Shown here in pieces: positions 1 through 9,966 of a stretch of DNA of 64,000 bases (position 1 is the first letter of the stretch; the number at the start of each line of letters is the position of its first letter). This DNA comes from an uncultured Candidatus Rokubacteria bacterium (GTDB lineage: Bacteria > Methylomirabilota > Methylomirabilia > Rokubacteriales > CSP1-6). The translations under genes and the position numbers were made by a program. The stretch covers positions 384,001 to 448,000 of the forward strand of contig CAVXJS010000021.1 in NCBI GenBank assembly GCA_963762145.1. The letters run 5' to 3'. Below the pieces are notes generated by a model. That model saw only the letters and a list, made by a program, of their open reading frames with translations. It was not told the DNA's origin and did no database searches.

Positions 1-769
1 CCACCCGCGCGGGCACGTGGCGCAGCTGCCGCAGCCGCGCCTCCATGAAGGTCTCGAGCCGCGCGCTGTACGGCCGGGCGTGCGCCAGCGGCACCACCAG
101 GCCGAGGTTGACGATGCCCGGCGCCACCGGATTGAGGATGCAGTAGTCGGGCGGGTCCACGTAGATCTCGCCCCGATCGCCGAGCCCCTCGACGCCGCTC
201 ACGTGCCGGATGAGCGCCAGCCGCCGCAGCCGATGCGGGCGCACCAGCCCGAGCGCGCGCGCGACCACCGAGGCGCGCCCGTCGGCGCCCACCACCAGCC
301 GGCTGCGCAGCTCGACCGGCGCGCCGGCCGCGTCCTCCACCTTGACGCCCCGCACGCGGCCGCGCTCCACGATCAGCCCGGTCACGCGATGCCGCTCGCG
401 CACGTCCACCGGCAGCGCCCGCGCCCGCTCCAGCAGGATGCGGTCGAAGACCTCGCGCCGGATCGCGAGCGCGTGATCGCGGTACCCGCGCCACGGCCCG
501 CTGGTCGGATACGTGCCGTCGAGCACGGTGCCGTCGGGCGCGACGATGCGCATGCCGCTCAACGGCTGCGCCCCCGCCGCGTCCACCGCCTTCAGGACTC
601 CCAGCCGGTCCATCACGCGCGCCGCTTCGGGCGAGAGGTACTCGCCGCAGATCTTCGGGCGCGGAAACTCGGCCTTGTCGAGCAGGGTGACCGACCACCC
701 GCGCTCGGCCAGCAGGATCGCGGCCGCGCTGCCCGCCGGACCGCCGCCGACGACCACGACGTCGATCAT
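1..769 (-). CDS. NAD(P)/FAD-dependent oxidoreductase (geranylgeranyl reductase-like), runs off the window edge
   Basis: Manual translation from ATG 769: MIDVVVVGGGPAGSAAAILLAERGWSVTLLDKAEFPRPKICGEYLSP. GxGxxG FAD motif and the family 'FPRxKxCGE' motif; ATGA overlap with the upstream stop. Confidence 0.85.
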   Translation of the reverse strand, partial: MIDVVVVGGGPAGSAAAILLAERGWSVTLLDKAEFPRPKICGEYLSPEAARVMDRLGVLKAVDAAGAQPLSGMRIVAPDGTVLDGTYPTSGPWRGYRDHALAIRREVFDRILLERARALPVDVRERHRVTGLIVERGRVRGVKVEDAAGAPVELRSRLVVGADGRASVVARALGLVRPHRLRRLALIRHVSGVEGLGDRGEIYVDPPDYCILNPVAPGIVNLGLVVPLAHARPYSARLETFMEARLRQLRHVPARV

Positions 770-1488
770 GACTTGACGCGGACCGCGCAGAAGCGGAAGT
801 ACGGCCAGTGATGCACCACGTCCACGCCCACGAGCCCGGCCCGCTCGCAGAGCCCGCTGACCTCCACCGGAGTGTACGAGCGCTTGACGGACAGCGGCCC
901 GTCGTGACGCGAGATCGCGCTGCGGGTGATGAACCGCGTGATCAGCCACACCACCCAGTGGGCGACACGGCTTCGCACCAGGTCGTTGACCACGAAGCCC
1001 AGCCGGGCGGCCCGGTCCATCTCGGCCAGGTACCGCACCCCCGCGTCCGGCTCCAGGTGATGGAGCGTCATCGCGGAGATCGTGAGGTCCACCGCCCCCG
1101 CGCGGATCGGCAGGGAGAGCGCATCGCCGCGCACGAAGCGGATCTCGGGGTACTCGCGCACCACCTGCGCCGCGATCTGCAGCGTGGCCGCGTCGCGGTC
1201 CAGCGCGAAGATGCGGATGCGCCGGCCCTGCCGCCGCGCCCAGCGCACGAGCTCGCGCGGGATGTCCCCCGCCCCGGTGCCCACGTCGAGCACGGTGATC
1301 AGCCGCTCGGCGGGCAGCGCGTCGAGCAGGCGCTTCACGTGGACCATCGTCACCATGCGGCCGCCGAACAGCGCGTTGACGCGCGAGATGTCCTTCATGC
1401 AGCACGCCATGTCCTTGAACGGGACGGGCGGCCCGTCGATGATCTCGAGCACACCCGCGGCGCGGGCCAGCGGCGAAAAGAAGGGCAT
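766..1488 (-). CDS. Class I SAM-dependent methyltransferase
   Basis: VLDVGTGAGD motif I, LHHL, DLVRS and HDGPLSVKRSY, typical of PKS-associated methyltransferases. Confidence 0.85.
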   Translation of the reverse strand: MPFFSPLARAAGVLEIIDGPPVPFKDMACCMKDISRVNALFGGRMVTMVHVKRLLDALPAERLITVLDVGTGAGDIPRELVRWARRQGRRIRIFALDRDAATLQIAAQVVREYPEIRFVRGDALSLPIRAGAVDLTISAMTLHHLEPDAGVRYLAEMDRAARLGFVVNDLVRSRVAHWVVWLITRFITRSAISRHDGPLSVKRSYTPVEVSGLCERAGLVGVDVVHHWPYFRFCAVRVKS

Positions 1489-1489
1489 G

Positions 1490-2515
1490 CTACCAGCGCA
1501 GCAGGGCGCCCTCGGCCGCGAAGCCCGGCCCGAGCGCGATCATGAGACCCCAGTCCCCCGGCACCGGCTCGCGCGAGCGCAGCAGGTCGTCGAGCACGAA
1601 GACCACGGTGGCGGAGGACATGTTCCCGTACTGCTGCAGCACGTTGCGCGAGTGCGTGAGGCGACTCTCGTCCAGCTCCATCAGCTTCCCCACCTGCTCG
1701 ATCACCCGCCGCCCCGCCGAGTGCAGCACGAAGTGCGCGATGTCGGCCTGCTTGAGCCCGTGGGAGGCCAGCAGGGTATCGGCCATCTCCTTCATCATGC
1801 CCGCCCCGATGCGCCGCACGTCCTTGGAGAGGACCACCCGCGGCCGCCCCCCCGGATACTCGAAGCCCATCGCGCCCAGGTGCTCGGAGCGGAACATCGT
1901 GCGGTGCTCGACGATCTCCGGACCCGACCCGTCCGCGCTGACCGCGATGGCCCCCGCCCCGTCGGCAAAGATGGCGTGCGCCACCGCGCTCTCGAGCCGG
2001 TCGTCGAGGAAGTAGGCCGCCGAGCAGATCTCCACCGCCACCATCACCGCGCGGTGCTCCGGGAACGCGCGGAGGTGGTTGGACACCTGCTGCATCGCCA
2101 CCATCGCGCTGGCGCACCCGGTGTCGCCCACGTGCACGCGCTGGATGGTGGGCTTGAGGCCGAGCTCGTTGATGATCTGCGCGTCGAGGCTCGGGCACAC
2201 GCGCCCGGTGCAGGTGGTGGTGGCGAGGAAGTCCACGTCCTCCCGACGCCAGCCCGCCTGCTCGATCGCCCGCGCCACCGCCGCCTTGCCCACCTCCACC
2301 GCCCCGCGCCGCCAGCGGTCGTTGAGCTGGTCCACGCTCTCGTCGGGGGTGAACGTCTCGGGGTCGAAATAGAGGTGCCGCGTCTCGATCAGGCTGTTGT
2401 TGAAGAAGCCCATGCGGCGCGGATCGTCGTAGCCCGACATGCGGAGGACGGTGGCCTGATCGTAGCGCCAGGGGGGAGTCGCGGTCGCGACGGCAGCGAT
2501 CTTCGGCGCGGCCAT
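1490..2515 (-). CDS. Type III polyketide synthase (chalcone synthase-like)
   Basis: Start MAAPKIAAVATATPP. Catalytic Cys (DTGCAS), His (LHSAG) and Asn (YGNMSS); FADGAGA; C-terminal ALGPGF. Confidence 0.9.
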   Translation of the reverse strand: MAAPKIAAVATATPPWRYDQATVLRMSGYDDPRRMGFFNNSLIETRHLYFDPETFTPDESVDQLNDRWRRGAVEVGKAAVARAIEQAGWRREDVDFLATTTCTGRVCPSLDAQIINELGLKPTIQRVHVGDTGCASAMVAMQQVSNHLRAFPEHRAVMVAVEICSAAYFLDDRLESAVAHAIFADGAGAIAVSADGSGPEIVEHRTMFRSEHLGAMGFEYPGGRPRVVLSKDVRRIGAGMMKEMADTLLASHGLKQADIAHFVLHSAGRRVIEQVGKLMELDESRLTHSRNVLQQYGNMSSATVVFVLDDLLRSREPVPGDWGLMIALGPGFAAEGALLRW

Positions 2516-2608
2516 GGATCGGAGGCTACACCCCGCCCCCTTGCCTTGTCCAGGCGACGGGGGCAATATCATTCGCGCTGCTATCCCATCGTCGCCAAGG
2601 AGCCGCGG

Positions 2609-3133
2609 ATGCCGCTCTTCTCGTTCGAAGGCAAGTCCCCGCGCGTGCACCCGAGCGCCTTCATCGCCCCCACCGCCAACCTGATCGGCGACGTCACGGT
2701 GGAGGAGAACGCCTCGGTCTGGTACAACACCGTCCTTCGCGCCGACTTCAACCCGATCGTCGTCCGCCGCGGCGCCAACGTCCAGGACTGCGCGGTGATC
2801 CACGTCACCCCCGCGGGCGGCGTCGACATCGGCCCCGGCGCCACCATCGGGCACCTCTGCCTGGTCCACGCCGCCACCGTCGGCGAGGAAGCCCTGGTCG
2901 GTAACTCTTCCACGCTGCTCGACGGCGTCAAGATCGGCGTGCGGGCCATGGTGGCCGCCGGCTCCCTGGTGACGCCGGGCACCGAGATCCCCGACGGCGT
3001 GCTGGCCATGGGCGCCCCCTGCAAGGTGAAGGGCCCGCTCGCGGGCACCGCCGCCGAGCGCTGGGTGCAGATGAACCCGGCCGGCTACCAGGCCCTGGCC
3101 CAGCGCCACCGCAAGGGAGTGCAGCCCGCGTGA
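2609..3133 (+). CDS. Gamma carbonic anhydrase family (hexapeptide repeat) protein
   Basis: VHPSAFIAPTANLIGDV, NVQD, TIGHLCLVH; AAGGAG RBS upstream. Confidence 0.9.
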   Translation: MPLFSFEGKSPRVHPSAFIAPTANLIGDVTVEENASVWYNTVLRADFNPIVVRRGANVQDCAVIHVTPAGGVDIGPGATIGHLCLVHAATVGEEALVGNSSTLLDGVKIGVRAMVAAGSLVTPGTEIPDGVLAMGAPCKVKGPLAGTAAERWVQMNPAGYQALAQRHRKGVQPA

Positions 3134-3768
3134 CCCCCGAGCCGCGCCGCCACATTCTCCTCACCGGCTTCGAGCCCTTCGACGGGGACACCGTCAACCC
3201 CTCGGGCGAGGTCGCGAAGCAGCTCGACGGCACGGTGATCGGCGACTGCGTGGTGCGCAGCGTCATCCTGCCGGTGCAGCACGAGGCGGCGCGCGCGCGG
3301 GTGGTCCCGCTCCTGGAGGCGCCGGGACTGGTCGCGGTGCTGCATCTCGGCCTCGCGGGCGGCCGCGCGCGCATCTCGCTGGAGCGCGTGGCCGTCAACG
3401 TGATGGACTACTCGCGGCCGGACGCGCACGGCCAGGTGCTGCGCGACGTGGCGTGCGCGGAGGACGGCCCGGCGGCCTACTTCAGCACGCTCCCGCTGCG
3501 GGAGACCCTGGCCGCGCTGACCGCGGAGGGGATCCCGGCGGCCATCTCGAATACGGCCGGCACGTATCTCTGCAACGACATCTCCTACACTACACTGCAT
3601 GCCCTCGACCTGCGGGGCCTCGCGATCCCGACCGGCTTCGTCCACCTGCCGTTCTTGCCGTCGATGGTGACCGTGCACGGGCTCGACGAGCCGAGCATGG
3701 ACGTGGCGATGATGACGCAGGCGGTCGAGATCGTCCTGTCCCGCATCACCCAACCAGGAGGAGGATGA
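3130..3768 (+). CDS. pcp: Pyroglutamyl-peptidase I
   Basis: LLTGFEPF, NPS, ERVAVN, AGTYLCN (catalytic Cys), GFVHLP. Confidence 0.92.
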   Translation: MTPEPRRHILLTGFEPFDGDTVNPSGEVAKQLDGTVIGDCVVRSVILPVQHEAARARVVPLLEAPGLVAVLHLGLAGGRARISLERVAVNVMDYSRPDAHGQVLRDVACAEDGPAAYFSTLPLRETLAALTAEGIPAAISNTAGTYLCNDISYTTLHALDLRGLAIPTGFVHLPFLPSMVTVHGLDEPSMDVAMMTQAVEIVLSRITQPGGG

Positions 3769-3771
3769 TCC

Positions 3772-4317
3772 ATGAATTCCACCATCCGAGCCGCCGTGGG
3801 CCTCGCCCTTGCCACCGGATTGCTGGCCGCCTGCGCCAGCGGGGCGCCGAGCCCGGAGAGCCGCAACGCGCTGATCGAGAGCGCCACCGCCGCGATGCAG
3901 GCCATGAACCGCGTGGATCCCGGCGTCGAGGCCATGGCCCGCAAGGGCTACGGGTACATCGTGTTCCCGGAGGTGATCAAGGCCGGGCTGGGCTTCGGGG
4001 GCGGCCACGGCTACGGCGTCGTGTACGAGCAGGGGCAGCACGTCGGCTTCGCCGACCTGACCCTGGCGTCGGTCGGGGCGCAGATCGGCGGTCAGACCTT
4101 CAGCGAGCTGATCGTGTTCGAGAACAAGGCGGCCATGGACCGCTTCAAGGCGGGCCCGCTCGATTTCACCGCCGGCGCCGGGGCGATGATCCTGCAGAAC
4201 GGCGCATCGGCGAACGCCCAGTTCGTCGACGGGATGACGGTGGTCGTGACCCCGATCACGGGCGCGATGGCCGAGGCGACGATCGGCGGCCAGCAGCTCA
4301 GGTACGCGGCCAAGTAG
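3772..4317 (+). CDS. SYLF/Ysc84 lipid-binding domain lipoprotein
   Basis: Lipobox LAAC; VFPEVIKAGLGFGGGHGYG; SVGAQIGGQ; GGAGGA RBS. Confidence 0.8.
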   Translation: MNSTIRAAVGLALATGLLAACASGAPSPESRNALIESATAAMQAMNRVDPGVEAMARKGYGYIVFPEVIKAGLGFGGGHGYGVVYEQGQHVGFADLTLASVGAQIGGQTFSELIVFENKAAMDRFKAGPLDFTAGAGAMILQNGASANAQFVDGMTVVVTPITGAMAEATIGGQQLRYAAK

Positions 4318-4345
4318 CCCGCGCGGCCATCTCGCGGCGCGGGCC
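4317..4345. terminator. GC-rich hairpin between convergent genes
   Basis: gcccgcgc...gcgcgggc inverted repeat between two convergent stop codons; no U-tract. Confidence 0.35.
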
Positions 4346-4825
4346 TCATCGGAGCAGCTCGGCCAGCTTGTCGTAGCTCTCGGCGGCGCGGTCCTCCATG
4401 GGCGAGCCGAGGACCAGGTCGCGGGCCGCCCGCGACTGGTAGCGCTGCGTGGCGGTCAGAGTCGTCCGGCCGCCCTGCTCGTCCAGGACCGTCGTGATCA
4501 CGGCTTCGCCGGGGTACCAGGGCCGGTCGAACCGCTCGGTGTGCACGAGGCGCTCGGGCGGCACGACCTCGCGGTAGACGCCGCCCACGCCGATGACGGC
4601 AAAGCTCGCACTGCGGCGCCGCACGAACCGATAGGCGCCGCGGGGCCGTAGATCCACCTCGCAGACCACCAGGGACCAGCCCCGGGGACCGTGCCAGCGC
4701 TGCAGCAGCTCGGGCCGGGTCAGGGCGTCGAAGACCTGGCTGCGCGGGGCGTCGAACACGCGCGTCAGCACGATCTCGTCGTCGGTGGGGGTCGTCAGCG
4801 TCAAGCTTCCGGTGCGTTCGGTCAT
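4346..4825 (-). CDS. SRPBCC/AHSA1 family protein
   Basis: EIVLTRVFDAPRSQVFDALTRPELLQRW, EVVPPERLVHTE; AAGGAGG RBS. Confidence 0.85.
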   Translation of the reverse strand: MTERTGSLTLTTPTDDEIVLTRVFDAPRSQVFDALTRPELLQRWHGPRGWSLVVCEVDLRPRGAYRFVRRRSASFAVIGVGGVYREVVPPERLVHTERFDRPWYPGEAVITTVLDEQGGRTTLTATQRYQSRAARDLVLGSPMEDRAAESYDKLAELLR

Positions 4826-4845
4826 TTCGCCCTCCTTCACCGGAT

Positions 4846-4874
4846 GATCGAACGGCGCGGCCCGGAAATCGACA
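4846..4874 (-). promoter_or_regulatory. Putative ECF sigma promoter (ECF42-like)
   Basis: Minus strand reads TGTCGA-TTTCCGGGCCGCGCCGTT-CGATC just upstream of the RBS of the SRPBCC gene. Confidence 0.35.
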
Positions 4875-4894
4875 CGGCGGCCCCGACGCCCGCC

Positions 4895-5973
4895 TCAGGC
4901 GCGTGTCAGTCGGCGCACGGCCTCCTCGGTTTCGAGCGCCAGCCGCGCGATGAGGTCCGCGGCGGATTGCCGGCGGGCCAGCCGGACCGCCTGGCCCGCC
5001 CAGAGTGACAGGAACTCCGCGCGGCCTTGCCGGGCCGCCGCGCTCCGCAGGGGCCGCGTCAGCGCGTTCTGGAGCGGGAAGGGCAGGATGGACTCGGGCG
5101 TGCGGTCGATCTCGGTCATGAAGCGGTTGACGATTCCACGCGCGGGTCGGCCCGAGAAGGCGCGGGTCAGGCGCGTCTCGTCCTCGTGCGCCCGGAGGAT
5201 CGCCTCCTTGTACGCATCCGGGATCCCGGCCTCGTGGCAGGTCAGGAAGGCGGTGCCCATCTGCACCGCGCTCGCGCCGAGGGCGAGGGCCGCCGCGATC
5301 CCGCGGCCGTCCATGATGCCGCCGGAGGCGATCACGGGGACCTTCACCGCGTCCACGACCTGCGGCACGAGCGCCATCGTGCCCACCAGCCCCGCCTCGA
5401 AGGCGCCCGCGAAGGTGCCCCGATGCCCGCCCGCCTCGCTGCCCTGCGTGACGATCGCGTCCACGCCCGCCGTCTCCAGCGAGACGGCCTCCCCCACGGT
5501 CGTCGCGGTCCCGATCACGAGCATGCCCCGGGCCCGGATCGCCGCGAGGGCCGTCGGCCGGGAGCAGCCCGAAGGTGAAGCTGAAGACCGCGGCGCCGGA
5601 CTCGAGCGCCGCGGCGAGCTGCTCGCCGAACGAATCGGCCGCGAGCGTCGGGAGCTCCGGACGCGGCAGCGCGAGCTCGGCGTAGAACGGCGCCAGCCGA
5701 TCGAGCGCCCGCCCGGGCTCACGCGGCGGCTCGGGGGCCGGAAGCGGGGCGAAGAGGTTGATCCCGAAGGGGCGCGCGGTCCGGGCCCGGACCGCGCGCG
5801 CCGTCTCGACGATCTGCGCCGGGGGTCAGATACGACGCGCCGATGAAGCCGAGGGCCCCCGCCTCGGCGACGGCGGCGACGAGCGCCGGCGTGTCGCCGC
5901 CGCCGGCCAGCGGCGCCTGGATCACGGGGTGCCGCAGGCCCAGCCTACCGGTCAGGATCGTCGCGCGCGACAT
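4895..5973 (-). CDS. Nitronate monooxygenase family protein (frameshifted near 5820 and 5570)
   Basis: N-terminus [23 protein letters not shown]; C-terminus [34 protein letters not shown], in different frames. Confidence 0.85.
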
Positions 5974-6051
5974 GACGCACCTCCATGCCGGCAGTCTCGG
6001 CGGCTCCGTCCCTTTTGAAAAGTGAATTATTGTGATAGGAGTGTTCTCGAT

Positions 6052-6932
6052 ATGGGAAACATCGACCTGACCGCCCTGGAGATCTTCAAGACCGTCGCGG
6101 AGCAGGGCGGCATCGCGAAGGCGGCGACCCGGCTCCACCGCGTGCCGTCGAACGTGACGACGCGGGTCAAGCAGCTCGAGGAGCGGCTCGGCACCAAGCT
6201 GTTCCTCCGCGGGAACCGGCGACTCGTGCTGTCGGCGGAGGGCAAGCGTCTGCTCGGGTACGCCGACCGGCTCCTGCATCTCTCGTCCGAGGCGGAGGCC
6301 GCGTGTCGCAACGGCTCGCCGGCGGGAGCATTCCAGATCGGGGCCCTCGAGAGCACCGCCGCGACCCGGCTTCCCCCGATCCTCTCCCGGTTTCACCGGC
6401 GCTATCCCGCGGTGCGGCTCGAGCTGGTCACCGGCACGACGGGCGCCCTGATCGCCCGGGTCATGAGCCACGAGATCGAGGCGGCCTTCGTCGCGGAGCC
6501 GTTCACCGCGGACGACCTCGAGGGCGACCCGGTCTTCTGCGAGGAGCTGGTCCTGATCACCCCCCGGAGCTTCCGCAAGGTGAAGACGCCGCGCGACATC
6601 GGCCACACGACGCTGATCGTCTTCGCGACGGGCTGCTCGTACCGGCGGCGGCTGGAGGCGTGGCTCGGGAGACGCGAAGGTGATGCCCGAGCGCGTCATG
6701 GAGTTCGCCTCGTACCACGCGATCGTGGCCTGTGTCGCGGCGGGCGTCGGGATCGCGATCGTGCCGCGCTCGGTGATTCGCGTCAGCCTGGCCGCATCCG
6801 GCGTCGCGACGTACGCGCTGCCCCCCGCGGATGGCGAAGGCACGGACCTGCTTCGTCTGGCGTCAGGGCCACCAGTCGGTCGCGCTCGACGCCATGCGGG
6901 CCGAGCTACGACGCACGACGCGCCGGTCCTGA
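6052..6932 (+). CDS. LysR family regulator (YneJ/PtrR-like; frameshifted near 6670 and 6850)
   Basis: [27 protein letters not shown]; GALESTAA; GCSYRRRLE; continues as [18 protein letters not shown] in another frame; divergent from the nitronate monooxygenase. Confidence 0.85.
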
Positions 6933-6936
6933 GCCC

Positions 6937-8166
6937 ATGGACATCGCGATCATCGGCGGCGGCATCGGCGGGCTGACCCTCGCGCTCGCCCTGCACCAGC
7001 GCGGCATCGCCTGCCGCGTGTACGAGAGCGCGCCGGAGGTGCGCGAGCTGGGCGTGGGCATCACGCTGCTGCCCCACGGCATGCGCGAGCTGACCGCGCT
7101 CGGCCTGGGCGAGGCGCTGGCGGCCCAGGGCATCGAGAACCGCGACAGCTGCTTCTTCAACCGCTTCGGCCAGCTCATCTACTCGGAGCCGCGCGGCCGG
7201 GCCGCGGGCTATCCGGTCCCCGAGGTGGGCATCCATCGCGGCCGCGTGCACCTGACGCTCTGGCGCGCCGCGGTAGAGCGCCTCGGTGCGTCCCGGATCG
7301 TCACCGATCACCAGTGCGTCGGGCTCGACCAGAGCGACCGGGACGTGACCCTGCACTTCCGGTCGATCACGACCGGCGCCCCGCGCGCGTCCGTCACCGC
7401 CGACGTCGCGATCGCCTGCGACGGGGTGAACTCGGCGGTGCGCCGGCAGTTCTACCCGGGCGAGGAGCTCTGCTTCGGCGGCATCAATACCTGGCGCGGG
7501 GTCACCCGCGCCCGGCCCTTCCTGACCGGGCGCAGCTACGTGCGCGTCGGCTCCATCCAGTCCGGCAACCTCGTGATCTATCCGATCGTGGACGACGTGG
7601 ACGGTCAGGGGCAGCAGCTCATCAACTGGACCGCGCAGGTCGCGCAGCCGGGCTACGAGCGCAACGACTGGAACAAGCCGGGCCGGCTCGAGGACTTCCT
7701 GCCCATCTTCGCGCGATGGACCTTCGATTGGCTGAACGTCCCCGACCTGCTGCGCCGCTCGGACGTGATCTTCGAGTACCCGATGGTGGACCGGGACCCG
7801 GTGGATCGCTGGACCTTCGGCCGCGTGACCTTGCTGGGCGACGCCGCGCACCCGATGTATCCGCGCGGCTCCAACGGCGCGGCCCAGGCCATCCTGGACG
7901 CGCGCACGCTCGCCGACGGCCTGGCCGCGGGCGGCGACCCGGTGGCCGCGCTCGCGGCCTACGAGGCGGCGCGCTCGGCGCCGACCGCGCGCGTGGTGCG
8001 CACGAACCGCGAGCATCCCCCGGACTACCTCATCCGTCGAGTGGAGGAGCTGGTGGGCGACGTGCCCTTCGACGATCTCGACCGTTACATCACCCGCGCC
8101 GAGCTCGAGCGGCTCTCGGAGGAGTACAAGCGCGTCGCCGGCTTCGCCCGCGAGCACGTGACGTAG
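6937..8166 (+). CDS. FAD-dependent monooxygenase (salicylate hydroxylase-like)
   Basis: [43 protein letters not shown]. Confidence 0.9.
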   Translation: MDIAIIGGGIGGLTLALALHQRGIACRVYESAPEVRELGVGITLLPHGMRELTALGLGEALAAQGIENRDSCFFNRFGQLIYSEPRGRAAGYPVPEVGIHRGRVHLTLWRAAVERLGASRIVTDHQCVGLDQSDRDVTLHFRSITTGAPRASVTADVAIACDGVNSAVRRQFYPGEELCFGGINTWRGVTRARPFLTGRSYVRVGSIQSGNLVIYPIVDDVDGQGQQLINWTAQVAQPGYERNDWNKPGRLEDFLPIFARWTFDWLNVPDLLRRSDVIFEYPMVDRDPVDRWTFGRVTLLGDAAHPMYPRGSNGAAQAILDARTLADGLAAGGDPVAALAAYEAARSAPTARVVRTNREHPPDYLIRRVEELVGDVPFDDLDRYITRAELERLSEEYKRVAGFAREHVT

Positions 8167-8229
8167 AGAATCACCCTTGACGTGATGCCATGTCGGGTCC
8201 AGCCTTGCTCGTGGAGGAGGGACCCGACG

Positions 8230-8580
8230 ATGAACCGCTTGAACCGACGGATGACACTGATGGTGTGGGCCCTGGTTGCACTGGCCCTGATGCCCGCGGT
8301 CGCGCTCGCCCAGATTCCCGGCGTCGGCTCGATGATCCCGGACAAGGCGAAGCTCCTGGAGCAGGCGCAGAAGCTCGTCACCGATCTGACCGACATGAAG
8401 AGCAGCGGCAAGCTGGGGGCGGCCGACACCGCGAAGGTCGATTCCCTGCTGCCGAAGGCGACCGCGGTGAACAGCGAGCTGGCCAAGCCCCAGGTCGAGA
8501 CCAGCCGTCTGCCCCAGCTCGCCAGCCAGCTCGGCGATCTCCAGAAGCAGACCGCCTCGCTCAAGGGCGCGATGAAGTAG
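8230..8580 (+). CDS. Hypothetical secreted helical protein
   Basis: GGAGG RBS, signal peptide ending AVALA-Q, typical GC3-rich codons. Confidence 0.7.
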   Translation: MNRLNRRMTLMVWALVALALMPAVALAQIPGVGSMIPDKAKLLEQAQKLVTDLTDMKSSGKLGAADTAKVDSLLPKATAVNSELAKPQVETSRLPQLASQLGDLQKQTASLKGAMK

Positions 8581-8598
8581 CGCGAGCCCTCGACGCGG

Positions 8599-9879
8599 TC
8601 AACCGGCGCGCCCGACGTCCAATCCTGCGCGGAGCGCGCGGCTGCGCTCGAGCATGGCCGCGACCCGTGACTCGAGCCGTCGACCTGGGCCGGCGCGATC
8701 GGACGCGGCCTCCGATTCGAGCAGCTCCCGCTCCCACGCGGCCCACGCGCGCTGCGCCGGCGGGATCAAGCGGCCGGGATCCGCCATGAGCGCGTCGCCC
8801 AGCGCCTTCTGCGCCCACCAGGACGATACGGGATCGGGCTCGCCACCCCCGGCGGCCAGCGCCGGTGGCAGCGGCGCGTCCAGGCCGACCGGCAAGAACA
8901 CGCTCGTGCAGGGCGTGCCCTGGCTGCACCAGAGCGCGACGGGCACCGCCTCGTCGCGGGGCAGCTCCGCCACCAGGCTCGCGGCCGTCGCGGAGACGCC
9001 GGGCTCGGGGTGCATGCAGACCGACCAGCCGAGCGGATCGCCGTCCTTCCGGCCGCGCACGGGAATGGTGCCGCCCTCGTGATGATCCCGGAGATGTCGC
9101 ATCATGCCCGCCACCGTGGGCGCCGCGGGCTCGGCCAGGAACCGGCAGCTCGCCTCGAGGCGCGCCTCCGCCCGGTAGCGCGGCGCCGGGTTCTCGAACG
9201 CCTGCCTGAAGTTGAGGCGCCGACCGGCGGGCTCCGCCCACCAGCCCCGCGCTCGCGCGTAGGCCTCGATCCCGGCGGAGGCCTCGTCCCAGTCGTCCTC
9301 GATGGTGGCGCAGTTCGAGATCGCGGCGCGCTCGCGGACGCGGCGCGCGACCCAGTGGCGCCCCGAGGTCTCGAGCACCCACGCCTCGGCGGGGTCGGCG
9401 ATGATGAACGAGTTGTTGTAGCGGCGGGCCTCCCGGTGGCTCGCATTGCCGCCCTGGCCGTGCCGCTCGAGCAGCCCCGTGATGACCTGCTTCGCGTCGG
9501 CCGCGGTGCCGCCGCGCTCGAGGCCGAGTCGCACGAGGTCCATGCCGAGCAGGCCCGTGCCGTCCAGCTCCTCGCGCGTGTGCAGCGCCTCGTTGCCGAT
9601 CACCACGCGGCGCTCGTTGACGCCGTGCTCGAAGCCCCAGAGCCACCAGGGCCGGCTCCCGAGCACCGCTAGGGTCTCCGCCACCTGGGGAATCGTCACG
9701 TACTGGCAGCGCAGGCGGCCCGTGGCCTCGTGGGCGAGGCGCGGCGCGCGGAAGAGCGGCTGGCACTCGTCGGGCGGCCGGTCGCTGTTCTTGGCGAACA
9801 GCGTGTGCCCGTCGCGCGTGTGCGGGCCGAGCACGACGAGGGTGTCGCAGCTCGTATCGAGCGTCTCCCGTCCTTTCAC
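8599..9879 (-). CDS. C69 family dipeptidase / secernin-like Ntn hydrolase
   Basis: SCDT N-terminal nucleophile, FAKNSDRP, WGFEHGVNE, GMDLVRLGLER, NSFIIADP. GTG start is tentative. Confidence 0.85.
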   Translation of the reverse strand: MKGRETLDTSCDTLVVLGPHTRDGHTLFAKNSDRPPDECQPLFRAPRLAHEATGRLRCQYVTIPQVAETLAVLGSRPWWLWGFEHGVNERRVVIGNEALHTREELDGTGLLGMDLVRLGLERGGTAADAKQVITGLLERHGQGGNASHREARRYNNSFIIADPAEAWVLETSGRHWVARRVRERAAISNCATIEDDWDEASAGIEAYARARGWWAEPAGRRLNFRQAFENPAPRYRAEARLEASCRFLAEPAAPTVAGMMRHLRDHHEGGTIPVRGRKDGDPLGWSVCMHPEPGVSATAASLVAELPRDEAVPVALWCSQGTPCTSVFLPVGLDAPLPPALAAGGGEPDPVSSWWAQKALGDALMADPGRLIPPAQRAWAAWERELLESEAASDRAGPGRRLESRVAAMLERSRALRAGLDVGRAG

Positions 9880-9966
9880 GGGCCCCACGATACCAGACGC
9901 GCTTGTTCCGCGGCCGCTCTTTGGGTAGCGTTGTGGGCCGGACCGACAATACCAGGAGGCTACACG

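Noticed and set aside
6022-8166. Apparent 714-aa LysR-FAD monooxygenase fusion in the ORF track
   Set aside because: The LysR C-terminus continues in another frame from about 6670 and the monooxygenase has its own ATG at 6937. This is a frameshift artefact.
8194-8209. GG-N10-GC sigma54-like motif upstream of the ORF at 8230
   Set aside because: Poor match to TGGCAC, and the implied transcription start would fall inside the RBS.
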